Shown here in pieces: positions 30,101 to 37,402 of a DNA stretch of 37,402 bases. Position 1 is the stretch's first letter. Every line of letters begins with the position of its first letter. The position numbers and the translations under genes are program-made. The DNA is from Gammaproteobacteria bacterium. Its GTDB lineage: Bacteria; Pseudomonadota; Gammaproteobacteria; UBA9214. The DNA lies in the NCBI GenBank assembly GCA_033791305.1, contig JASJGW010000124.1, positions 1-37,402 of the forward strand, read 5' to 3'. A model generated the notes under the pieces. It was not told where the DNA came from. It searched no databases and worked only from the letters and a program-made list of their open reading frames with translations.

Positions 30101-31321
30101 CCAGTCCGGCGCCGCAGCAGTGCCCAGCGCGGCAATTCGAGGTGCGCCATAGATGTGCCCGAAATGTCCACCTGTCTTTTCAAACAGGACCTTGTCGCTG
30201 GTGTAGCCCGGTGTTGTTACATCCAGTGCGAACAGGCCTTCAAAGCCGGCACCACCACCACCGGCGAGGATCGTGCGCCATTCACAGGCGCTGATATTGA
30301 TGGGGGTGGTATCGGTTGGGTTGCCACCAACGATAGTGTCTGTGCAGGTAGTATGGTCGGGGTCGACCTGCGCCGAGCTGACAACCATTTCACCATCGAG
30401 ATAGTGGGTGTGCTGGTAGCCGGGTTGTGCCAGCGGGAACAGATTTTCAATGACCATGGAAGGGATATAGCCCATGACTTCCGAGCCGTCTGCCTCGGCA
30501 AAGAAATGCAGTATGCCATCGTTGGCAGGCGTGGCGATCACGCCAGTACGATTGCGGTTGGCATGCCTGAACCCGGCATAGCCATCAAAAGAGGTAATCA
30601 ACTCACGCGGTGGCCCGATGTAGACGGGTGTGTTGGTAATATCCCCCAGCAGGCTGTAGCGTTGGCGCAGGAAGCCGTTAGGCTGGTCGGTTTCATTGCT
30701 GCGATCACCGCGAATAAAGTTAACAACCGGGCTAAAGTAGTTGTTATTCTGGTTGGTGGCAGGATCAACAGCATCGGCAGGGTCACCATCACCATTGGGG
30801 TCATTGATTGTTTCCGGGTCCAGTGAGATTTTCTGCGCAGCGGTCAGATTGTCCCAGAGAAATGAAACCTGGTTCGAAGTGTTATAGGTGAAGAGCCGCC
30901 GGCCATCGGTGGCTTCTTCCTTCCAGTAATCCGTTATGTCCTGTTCCTTTTTGAGGAACGTGGCGCGTGCCATCCAGGTCTTTGTCGAGTCGCCGGCCAA
31001 CGCAATCAGTGCGGTATCATCTCTGGAACCCACCAGAGTTGTATGGGTGTGGCCAGTCAGCGTATGGTCGAGTGAGCGTGAGCCATTTACACCAATGTCA
31101 TATTCGATGAGGTCACCCTGCCAGGCACCGTTCTCAAACCATGGACGGTAGGCCTTGGTTGGACCGTCGAGAAGGTCCCTGCTTTTCAGGGCATATTCAC
31201 CGAGCGTAATTGCAGGCGTGCTGACGGGATCGAAGACCGCGACGGCATACAACAGTCTGCTGATAACCACCGTCATGGCTGCGATGACCTTCCAGAGTGT
31301 ATGTTTATATTTTGTCTTCAT
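27161..31321 (-). CDS. pilY1: PilY1/PilC-family pilus tip adhesin with a long C-terminal extension
   Basis: It has a signal peptide. The PilC beta-propeller signatures lie at residues ~210-750: LLGDITNTPVYIGPP, ANDGILHFF, WRTILAGGGGAGFEGLFALDVTTP, AFAGDINGDLWMFRL (Ca-site-like), IYFGTGS, GWRLEF..GERLV. Then ~630 further residues follow. Confidence 0.85.
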   Translation of the reverse strand: MKTKYKHTLWKVIAAMTVVISRLLYAVAVFDPVSTPAITLGEYALKSRDLLDGPTKAYRPWFENGAWQGDLIEYDIGVNGSRSLDHTLTGHTHTTLVGSRDDTALIALAGDSTKTWMARATFLKKEQDITDYWKEEATDGRRLFTYNTSNQVSFLWDNLTAAQKISLDPETINDPNGDGDPADAVDPATNQNNNYFSPVVNFIRGDRSNETDQPNGFLRQRYSLLGDITNTPVYIGPPRELITSFDGYAGFRHANRNRTGVIATPANDGILHFFAEADGSEVMGYIPSMVIENLFPLAQPGYQHTHYLDGEMVVSSAQVDPDHTTCTDTIVGGNPTDTTPINISACEWRTILAGGGGAGFEGLFALDVTTPGYTSDKVLFEKTGGHFGHIYGAPRIAALGTAAAPDWYVFTGSGYKEACTGINNSECNTDTSHPAALLMVSLADPNIIHSIDTLANGGLSAPVLVDTDKTDLTVETAFAGDINGDLWMFRLDKADPASSTARKVFDGNPNLPITNTPAVVKHPHSSIGGYIIYFGTGSIFSQVDALNDAVDTGGNSLFNQAIYGIHIKQSWIDGTETSFDPLEDADLQTQALNPVGSPITAYFANNNETKTVRTTPVNKPVNYYCNTGDTSCEASLLSGWRLEFPICGERLVGAPFIRANRVQFVTTNPTGHQCGQRTLAGNSWMMSLDYLTGASANKVVFNLNGDTQLDALDTASGVPPVGLSLGEGNISQPAFVRLRDGIDKMFVNGLILPLPPITNYGPLLFGHLDVVTDNPNGSMTAPNLIFKHSAGYQNADNDGLSRTVDGLVHEYDSINGISYVDLFELEPRRGLASLAPTSASTDIVSNACSDTNNNKRILVNDRCIEAVEAELNRAYDTLTPSTPTPILETPDVVNGENVCPEDGGRFGPFYRAIIDEIDGTIDKCEKTIIVPESETYKLDGANGELLADDKPFMVVLANADLSERGSLQIGCKIWEGGLNNATPKMNEFIQYQDHIAAQLELGVPAENIRDPKYGEPVIFTLASIANNTDLNGDPLQWVCPENSKNPTLRILFDEDAILRKGVHGTRSQCVLGLHDPRVKVCYSDPKVLAAADSAVLDTRTLIETDNPYTNLSCAQQLSLPVPDRYIKDPALSLHITEYKENGYTGYRWRNGALTVQLLDPANMTLQPPDNLPHKGSIRKGGTFARAFNPIVLGKGNKTTTLFEKDSDAYESGLLFEAAIFWHYSDLADNIQRAENALTPCYGDANYSSALTREQRGLNLGQYKVWADALEGTRILAEFVALQNIINSATSEAALNQALLALDALYADEALGDILRKYAQYRDYVPGSVIPEQYLLDIDKNQSDGGNTNLFTADAVPADVITIETIDLESLGPNAVLGQRNWIDLRQ

Positions 31322-31336
31322 GGGACTTTCCGTAAA

Positions 31337-31870
31337 TCAGGGGACCAGTGGGTCGGTGACAACCACTGATTGCACAGTTCGTTTTGCGCCCCTGGAGCTT
31401 TCACTCTGGGCGGTGATGAGGAACACCTGAACGATAGAGCCGGGTGCCGGGGTGATAGTGCCGCTATAGGAACTGTCTTCACCGTCATCGTTATCAGTGC
31501 CCGCATTCAGGATGATGTACTCACCGGTGCTGCCATCGGGCAGGGAAACGGTTTTCCTGGTAAAACTCCATACCAGATCTGATGGTTCGACATCTCCGAT
31601 GGTGTGATAACCTGCGGTCGTTGGGTACGAGAGGCCATCGGATTCTACCTTCAGGATATCTTCTACCCCCCTGGCAAGGGTGTATTCCGCAGTGTTCAGT
31701 GCCATGGTCTGGAACTGGGTGTTGCCGGCCATCAGGTTCTCAAGGCGGGAGACATTCATTCCGAAGATGCCAAGCATGGTCAGGATCAGCAGGAAAACCA
31801 GTGCCATAAACAAGGCAGCGCCAGCTTGCCGGTGACTGAATCGGTAGGTCTTGTGTCGGCTCCTTTGCAT
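31337..31870 (-). CDS. pilX: Type IV minor pilin PilX
   Basis: RQAGAALFMALVFLLILTMLGIFGMNVSRLENLMAGN is a PilX N-terminal domain pattern. The gene sits between pilW and pilY1. Confidence 0.8.
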   Translation of the reverse strand: MQRSRHKTYRFSHRQAGAALFMALVFLLILTMLGIFGMNVSRLENLMAGNTQFQTMALNTAEYTLARGVEDILKVESDGLSYPTTAGYHTIGDVEPSDLVWSFTRKTVSLPDGSTGEYIILNAGTDNDDGEDSSYSGTITPAPGSIVQVFLITAQSESSRGAKRTVQSVVVTDPLVP

Positions 31871-31884
31871 TTGCTGTCTCAGAC

Positions 31885-32979
31885 CTATTTGCTATTGCGC
31901 AGTTTTACTGTAGATGTATAGAGCTTGCGGCGATAACCCCGGTTAGCGGTATCTGCTGACATGTAGTCCGCATCCATGGTGTAGGTGTTGCTGTTGGTAT
32001 AACCGGTTTCCGGACATTCGGCGCGGACGAGCAACCAGACGCGTGCCGCAACCACGTCTTCCCAGCCGGGTTTTGTTATATCGGTTGAGTCGATCTCGTC
32101 GGCGTTGTAGTAGCGGTCAACAACGTGGTCGCCACTGGTGTCGATGCCGTATTTTATTTGCAGGTTATCAGCGCCATAGGCCACTTCTTCTGCAGAAAAT
32201 GCTCCGCTGCTGTCAAGGCTGACACGATAGAGAGACGGAACAGCGCCATCGGCAGGGCATGCAGAAGTATTGCTGGATGCGCCAATATAGTAGGCATGCG
32301 CTATCAGTTCGGACGTTCTGATAGCCGGTGCAACAAGATTGTTCTCGGCGCTTTCACTATATTTCCCCTGAAACAGGCGTCCCCTGAACAGCGATGAGCG
32401 CAGAAAGTATTCATTCGGGTAACAGTCCTTGATGGTCGTATTCGGCGCAGATTTATTGCACGGCAGGGGTTTGGTCATACTGCCGATAATGGACGGGTGT
32501 GCGTAGCGTACCAGCAGCACGTCGCCCCGGACATAAGAAGCGGGGTTGCCGGCGTCCTCTTCTATACAGCCATAGTTACCACCTGATGGTTTTGCCGTGC
32601 CTGAAAGGTCCAGGCCATACACGCTGCGGCCCAGCATGCGTAACCAGTCTGATGGCCCGGTAGTGGTGCCGGTGCACTTTTCTGCAGCCGCATGATTGAC
32701 GCCCTGTGTGCCTGCTATTGTGTTGATATCTGCATTGCCACCCCAGTATCCGGCGCGGCGCAGGTCGGAGACGAGCACATCCATGGCGTAGCGGCCATTT
32801 TCCTGAATGCGTGCGAGGACATTCAGTATAATTATGCTTTTCTTCGAGCTGAGAAATATCTGGCCAATCCCGGCAAGCAGAATCAATGTGATAATCAGGG
32901 CTACCATCAGTTCTATCATGCTGAAGCCGCGGCTGCGGTAGTATGGTTTGGTTAAACATTTGCGCGCGCGCGTAGTCAT
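31885..32979 (-). CDS. pilW: Type IV minor pilin PilW
   Basis: It has the prepilin motif SRG/FSMIELMVALIITLILLAGIGQIF. The ATG at 32979 forms an ATGA overlap with the pilV stop. Confidence 0.85.
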   Translation of the reverse strand: MTTRARKCLTKPYYRSRGFSMIELMVALIITLILLAGIGQIFLSSKKSIIILNVLARIQENGRYAMDVLVSDLRRAGYWGGNADINTIAGTQGVNHAAAEKCTGTTTGPSDWLRMLGRSVYGLDLSGTAKPSGGNYGCIEEDAGNPASYVRGDVLLVRYAHPSIIGSMTKPLPCNKSAPNTTIKDCYPNEYFLRSSLFRGRLFQGKYSESAENNLVAPAIRTSELIAHAYYIGASSNTSACPADGAVPSLYRVSLDSSGAFSAEEVAYGADNLQIKYGIDTSGDHVVDRYYNADEIDSTDITKPGWEDVVAARVWLLVRAECPETGYTNSNTYTMDADYMSADTANRGYRRKLYTSTVKLRNSK

Positions 32980-33479
32980 TCCGAAAGAACCAGTCGAAAG
33001 CAACGAAGGTCATTCTTGTCCTGTGGCGGGCAATTCACGCCGCTGGCGCCAGTACGATTTTCGTCCCAGCGAACTGTAATGGTGTGAACCAGTGGCAGAC
33101 CGGCAGTCCGGGTGATGTCCCCCTGTCCTCCGGGTAGCAGGGCGATGGCTGCTTTCCACTGGCTGAGATCGAATGTTGCCATTTGTGCTGTGGTGCAATC
33201 CGCTAATGTGCAGTCGGGAACCGATCCTGTCACAGCATCGGAGCCAATGAGGTAGTCGCTATCAATGGTTCCCCGGGAGTTGGCCCGCATGCGTTCAGAG
33301 ATGTCATACGCCAGCATGGTGGAAGTGGTACGCATGCTGGCCATTTCGTTGGATCGCAGGCCGGTTGTTTGCAGGGCAGCCAGGCCCAGCAAGCCAATTG
33401 AAAGGACCAGCAGGGCAATCATTACTTCCAGCAGGGTAAAGCCATGCTGTTTGTTCCCGGAATGTTTGATTCTGTGCAT
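32976..33479 (-). CDS. pilV: Type IV minor pilin PilV
   Basis: KQHG/FTLLEVMIALLVLSIGLLGLAALQ is the PilV pattern. The ATG at 33479 is preferred over 33512. Confidence 0.85.
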   Translation of the reverse strand: MHRIKHSGNKQHGFTLLEVMIALLVLSIGLLGLAALQTTGLRSNEMASMRTTSTMLAYDISERMRANSRGTIDSDYLIGSDAVTGSVPDCTLADCTTAQMATFDLSQWKAAIALLPGGQGDITRTAGLPLVHTITVRWDENRTGASGVNCPPQDKNDLRCFRLVLSE

Positions 33480-33499
33480 CACGATTATCGATATCCCTG

Positions 33500-33745
33500 T
33501 TAACGGGTGCATGCACGTTCGGTAACTGTTGTGTGACCTTGCCGGGTAATGATGATGTTGCGTTCCTGGTAATGGTCACAATCATCTGCCTTCAGGGTGA
33601 GGGTGTGCGGTCCATTGGCAGTCTGTCCGGTTGGCAGGAAGCGGATATCACTGTTTCCTGCGGTTAAAATGCTCTTTTCCGGACAGATGGTTGTGCTGGT
33701 CGTGATCAGCAGTTCAACCAGAGAAAAATACTGTTGTCTTTCCAT
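33500..33745 (-). CDS. fimU: Truncated FimU/GspH-family minor pilin remnant (probable pseudogene)
   Basis: MERQQYFSLVELLITTSTTICPEKS keeps only ~9 residues of the pilin helix, and position -1 is Tyr rather than Gly. The C-terminal DIRFLPTGQTANGPHTLTLKADDCDHYQERNIIITRQGHTTV matches the GspH/FimT C-terminal pattern. It is about 80 aa, against roughly twice that length for FimU as I recall it. Confidence 0.5.
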   Translation of the reverse strand: MERQQYFSLVELLITTSTTICPEKSILTAGNSDIRFLPTGQTANGPHTLTLKADDCDHYQERNIIITRQGHTTVTERACTR

Positions 33746-33968
33746 GCTAATGGTTCTACAAACCTCGCTCATTCGCGCCATCCGCTATAAGATAAGCGCC
33801 TAAAATCACCCGATGAACGGATTCAGTCCCGAACCTGCTTCCATTTCCGGCGGCACTGCATATTAAAAACGGCTGGACCGGTCCTCTGTTATCGGTTAGC
33901 CAGGTGTTAGTTTGGTGGTGACAGGGTGATCATTATCGTAGATCTGAATCAGTATCTGGAAGGGCGGC

Positions 33969-35063
33969 ATGTCGGGAAACAGGGTCAGTGTTGATTGTAT
34001 TGTGGTGGGGGCCGGTCTGCTCGGCATGTTGTCAGCGCGTGCCTTATGTGCAGCAGGACTTTCCGTTGTCCTGCTGGACCGTGGTGAGGCCGGAAGAGAG
34101 GCCTCCTGGGCCGGCGGGGGCATACTATCGCCGCTCATCCCCTGGCAGTATGCGGACGCTATTTCCGAACTGGTGGCCTGGAGTCAGCGTTATTATCCTG
34201 TCCTGGTCAACGAGCTGCTGGAGCAGACCGGCATTGATGCCGAGTGGGTGCAATCCGGTGTGCTGTTCCTGGATACGCCGCTGGATGCGAGGATCAGGGA
34301 GTGGGCTACAAAGTATTCGTGTCGAATCCAGGCGGTAGGTCATGAACAGACACGCCAGCTTGACCCGGAGGTATCGCTGGCCGCAGCAACCAGTCTGCTG
34401 CTGCCCGATGTGGCACAAATCCGTAATCCGTTGCTGTGTGCTGCCATGTCCAGGTCGATACAGCTACAGGGGGTTGATTTGCATGAGCAGACCGAGGTCA
34501 CTGATCTCATCATAAGGTCGAGCGGTATTCAGGGCGTGCAGACCAACCAGGGGGAGTTCACTGCAGACCGCGTTGTAATCGCCGGTGGTGCCTGGAGTTC
34601 CCTGATTCTGCGGCAGGCCGGGCTGGAGTTGGCAGTGGAACCGGTTCGTGGGCAGATGATCATGTTTGCGGCCCGTCCCGGTTTGTTGCGGCATATCACT
34701 ATGCACGGTGATTACTACCTGATCCCGCGTCAGAATGGTCTGGTACTGGCGGGGAGTACGCTGGAGTACACGGGGTATAACAAGGAAACCACACAGGCAG
34801 CGCGGGATGTGCTCATGGAAAAGGCAATTAACCTGGTGCCAGCCCTGTCCGATTACAAGATCATTAAACACTGGGCAGGGCTGCGGCCCGGGACATCCGA
34901 TGGGGTTCCTTTTATCGGGGAACACCCGGAGATCCGCGGACTGTACGTGAATACTGGTCATTTTCGCAACGGTGTGATAATGGCGCCGGCCTCTGCACAA
35001 CTGTTGCTGGATTGCATGCTGGAAAGGGATAGTTTTACACCATTTTCTCCTTATGCACTGTGA
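33969..35063 (+). CDS. thiO: Glycine oxidase ThiO (FAD-dependent)
   Basis: IVVGAGLLG, GREASWAGGGILSPLIPWQY, LHEQTEV, PVRGQMIMF, HWAGLRPG and NTGHFRNGVIMAPASAQLL are collinear with Pseudomonas ThiO. Confidence 0.8.
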   Translation: MSGNRVSVDCIVVGAGLLGMLSARALCAAGLSVVLLDRGEAGREASWAGGGILSPLIPWQYADAISELVAWSQRYYPVLVNELLEQTGIDAEWVQSGVLFLDTPLDARIREWATKYSCRIQAVGHEQTRQLDPEVSLAAATSLLLPDVAQIRNPLLCAAMSRSIQLQGVDLHEQTEVTDLIIRSSGIQGVQTNQGEFTADRVVIAGGAWSSLILRQAGLELAVEPVRGQMIMFAARPGLLRHITMHGDYYLIPRQNGLVLAGSTLEYTGYNKETTQAARDVLMEKAINLVPALSDYKIIKHWAGLRPGTSDGVPFIGEHPEIRGLYVNTGHFRNGVIMAPASAQLLLDCMLERDSFTPFSPYAL

Positions 35064-35221
35064 TATCCGGGGGTGTGACTGGCGTGTTCAACCTGTTAAT
35101 TGGCGCGTCTGGCATAGACGAAAGCGATCTGGCAAGCTTATAATAGAACTGATAGAAAACTCCTATGGCAGGGGCAACTGTTTCCGGAAGGTTATCTATG
35201 GAAAACCAGACAGGTAGTCAT

Positions 35222-35638
35222 ATGAACAGCAAGCCGGACATCGCCAGTATGTTAAGGGATCATGGTATTTTGCCAACACAGCAGCGTCTGATGATTGCGC
35301 GGGTACTGTTTGATCACCTGCAGCACTATTCGGCTGACCAGGTAATGACATCCGTGAACGATGGCCGGGATCGTGTCTCGAAGGCTACGGTTTATAATAC
35401 CCTGGGGCTGTTTGCCCGCCATGGCCTGGTTAGGGAAATTATTGTCGATCCGACACGGGTGTTTTACGATCCCAATACCACTAACCATCATCATTTTTAT
35501 AACGTTGATACCGGTGAACTGATAGATATCGACTCGGCTGATTTACAGGTCAGGGAATTGCCGGATCTTCCAGACGGCACTGTTGCGGAAGGCGTAGATG
35601 TGATTATTCGTCTGCGCAGTGAAACGGCTGTTAACTGA
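35222..35638 (+). CDS. Fur-family transcriptional regulator, Irr-like (no cysteines, HHH motif)
   Basis: ILPTQQRLMIARVLF...SKATVYNTLGLFARHGLVREI...YDPNTTNHHHFYNVDTGELIDID...VDVIIRLR parallels Bradyrhizobium Irr (LRPTRQR...VSLATVYNTLNQL...FDTNVTTHHHYYLE...IDMVVRLR). The start could be 35165, 35198 or 35222. Confidence 0.8.
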   Translation: MNSKPDIASMLRDHGILPTQQRLMIARVLFDHLQHYSADQVMTSVNDGRDRVSKATVYNTLGLFARHGLVREIIVDPTRVFYDPNTTNHHHFYNVDTGELIDIDSADLQVRELPDLPDGTVAEGVDVIIRLRSETAVN

Positions 35639-35685
35639 CCACGTAGCAAAATTTTCTTCCCTGCTTTATAGTCTCTCTCCGCAGA

Positions 35686-35761
35686 GCCGGAGTAGCTCAG
35701 TCGGTAGAGCAGCTCACTCGTAATGAGAAGGTCGGGGGTTCAATTCCTCTCTCCGGCACCA
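35686..35761 (+). tRNA. tRNA-Thr (anticodon CGU)
   Basis: GCCGGAGTAGCTCAGTCGGTAGAGCAGCTCACTCGTAATGAGAAGGTCGGGGGTTCAATTCCTCTCTCCGGCACCA has a perfect acceptor stem and the anticodon loop CTCGTAA. The layout matches E. coli thrW, including the 27-43 G/A mismatch. Confidence 0.9.
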
Positions 35762-36254
35762 TTAAATCAATGAGTTACAGAGCATCAATCCCTCGCCAGC
35801 GAGTTAGGCTAGCGATTAGGTGAGCATTTCAGCCTGTTTTCGTACTTTATCCCCTGTTTATCTCTTCCAAGCCGAGTCGAAGGAGAGGCAGATTGACCTT
35901 ACGGGGGGGTTAAAATTGCAGGGTTGAGTGTCTGCATTTAGTCCCCACCCTGAATGCTGCTCGGTTTTTTGGTTTATCGGTATTTGTTAACATTCAACAG
36001 TGTCTAGTAGCTCAAAGCACTGAAGCTGTTGGCAACCCAGTTACCAGGATATACCAATCATGCTTTGGTCAAAGCGACCAATGCAGGTGAACTGATCGAG
36101 GTAAATGAAGATGACTGACAAACTCTTAAAAGCGCTTGACAGAACACCTTATGAAGTTGCGCCGAAAGAAAACGAATAAAAAAGAAATAGGAAGTGGTTC
36201 ACTCCGTTCTCTTATCTTTACCAAAGCATCATCCGAAATCGGTCTTATAAATTT

Positions 36255-37031
36255 GTGATGCCGTCTGAGTTGCCACTACTTTTTATCGCCGGATTATTCG
36301 GCGGCATGCTTAATACAATAGCTGGTGGTGGCACTTTTATCACTTTCCCTGCGTTGCTGTTGGCTGGCGTGCCACCTGTCAGTGCCAACGCAACCAATAC
36401 CTTTGCTTCCTGTTCTGGCTATATAAGTGGTGCATATGCTTTCCGAAAGGAATTACTTGCACACAAGCGGGAGCTACCAAAATATATAGTGATTGGCCTG
36501 CTTGGCGGGATTGCAGGTGCATGGCTTCTCCTGCAAACACCAGAATCAATATTTCGTGAGGCAATCCCCTGGTTGCTCCTGTTCGCTACACTTCTATTTG
36601 CATTCGGTGTAAGGCTGAATAGTATTTTCAGGGAGTTTGCCTCCAGCCATCAGTATGCCTCTATGTTTGGAGGTCCTCTGTTGATGCTGATACTGCTCGC
36701 TATTTGCATTTACGGCGGCTTCTTTAATGCCGGGCTTGGCATCATTGTATTGAGCTATTTGGCTTTATCCGGCTACACAGATATCAGCGCCATGAACGGC
36801 TTGAAACTACTGACTTCTGCTTGTGTTTCATTGGTTGCCATAGTTCTGTTTATTGAGAACGGCGTAATTGCATGGTTTGAAGGAACTATTGTACTTTTTG
36901 GGACGTTGTTGGGTGGATATGTTGCTGCACATGTGTCACGTCGAATACCTCAGGAAATTGTAAAGAACTTTGTGATTCTTGCGGGTGTCGGGACGACGAT
37001 ATACTTCTTCTACGAAATATATTTTGTGTAG
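36255..37031 (+). CDS. TauE/SafE (TSUP) family sulfite/anion exporter
   Basis: The 258-aa polytopic protein has GLFGGMLNTIAGGGTFITFPALLLAGVPPVSANATN and a second repeat GGFFNAGLGIIVL, typical of the TSUP family. Confidence 0.85.
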   Translation: MMPSELPLLFIAGLFGGMLNTIAGGGTFITFPALLLAGVPPVSANATNTFASCSGYISGAYAFRKELLAHKRELPKYIVIGLLGGIAGAWLLLQTPESIFREAIPWLLLFATLLFAFGVRLNSIFREFASSHQYASMFGGPLLMLILLAICIYGGFFNAGLGIIVLSYLALSGYTDISAMNGLKLLTSACVSLVAIVLFIENGVIAWFEGTIVLFGTLLGGYVAAHVSRRIPQEIVKNFVILAGVGTTIYFFYEIYFV

Positions 37032-37103
37032 ATAGAATACATGCTGAAGGCCAGCTGCCTCCAGGAGGCATGAATTGAACTCGTCACTTTTAAGATGCCT
37101 GTT

Positions 37104-37163
37104 ATGAATATTAGAGAAGCAACAGAAAGTGATTTTGATGCTGTATTTCTACCGTCCAGATGA
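37104..37163 (+). pseudogene. Possible N-terminal fragment of a GNAT acetyltransferase gene
   Basis: ATG...TGA encodes MNIREATESDFDAVFLPSR. The IRxATxxDxxxV opening is typical of GNAT N-termini, but the frame stops after 19 codons. Confidence 0.2.
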
Positions 37164-37402
37164 AGCTGGGGGACGGTACGTTACCGCCCGAAACCTTCCG
37201 TTTAGTCGGCCCTTACTATAACCAAAGACTTAACGACGGGAATCCGCTCTGAAGCGGATGTTCAGAAAGTTATCTTAAATTTCTTGTAGGTACTGTTCTC
37301 GGACCTTTAAACGCCGGGTGCGGATCGGTGGTTGTCGCCCCTATTCCTGCCTGTCAATCATGGCCACTGAACGACAGGAAAGCAGCAGCTATTATCCTTT
37401 TC

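Noticed and set aside
28100-30826. + strand ORFs 28100-28681 (193 aa) and 30023-30826 (267 aa).
   Set aside because: They lie antisense inside pilY1. Their composition (Arg/Gly/Val/Ala-rich) is typical of the reverse frame of a GC-moderate gene.
34464-35000. - strand 178-aa ORF.
   Set aside because: It lies antisense to thiO, which aligns end-to-end with known glycine oxidases.
36105-36179. Mini-ORF MKMTDKLLKALDRTPYEVAPKENE in the spacer upstream of the TauE gene.
   Set aside because: It has no convincing SD sequence and no family resemblance. It is too short to support without conservation data.
37318-37322. GTGCG pentamer considered as a possible group II intron 5' end, with a preceding hairpin as a class-C-type target.
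   Set aside because: A pentamer alone is meaningless. I could not recognise domain I or domain V features, and the window ends 80 nt later.
35762-37402. Search for a direct repeat of the tRNA-Thr 3' end (GGTTCAATTCCTCTCTCCGGCACCA) that would mark an att site.
   Set aside because: I could find no copy by eye within the window. The islet idea is therefore kept only as a low-to-moderate-confidence finding.

Overview
This looks like a core-chromosome segment of a proteobacterium, with gamma-like gene order. It is roughly 90% coding, and I saw no transposase, integrase or CRISPR array. Region 1-8.2 kb holds a partial yhcB-like gene, yggS, a D-2-hydroxyacid dehydrogenase, a chalcone-isomerase-like periplasmic protein, two NUDIX hydrolases, a YkgJ Cys-cluster protein, a RibD-C-type reductase, an orphan iscR-iscU pair, rsd/algQ and mazG. 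Region 8.3-14.1 kb holds a rearranged Mla lipid-transport locus: mlaF sits alone on the + strand and STAS-mlaE-mlaD-mlaA-mlaC lies on the - strand. That locus is headed by a GAF-PP2C-(RsbW-like ATPase) fusion gene translationally coupled to the STAS gene. Region 14.2-35.1 kb holds tRNA-Pro, ispB, rplU-rpmA-obg-proB, rpsT, murJ-ribF-ileS-lspA-fkpB-ispH, then a minor-pilin operon (fimU remnant, pilV, pilW, pilX, pilY1, pilE) and thiO. As I recall it, this order mirrors P. aeruginosa PA4548-PA4569. The right end holds a Cys-free Irr-like Fur-family regulator, tRNA-Thr(CGU), and an AT-richer tail with a TauE/SafE permease and unassigned non-coding DNA. The most interesting candidate is a phospho-switchable STAS protein, with its fused phosphatase/kinase, occupying the MlaB position of the Mla operon. 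Other points are a cluster-ligand-less IscR with an IscR box, a PilY1 with a ~630-aa Cys-rich C-terminal module, a D-to-A change in the first DDxxD motif of ispB, a decayed fimU, and a two-copy CACGRAA-type hairpin repeat. All calls come from reading the sequence and ORF translations and comparing motifs from memory. No database search was run.
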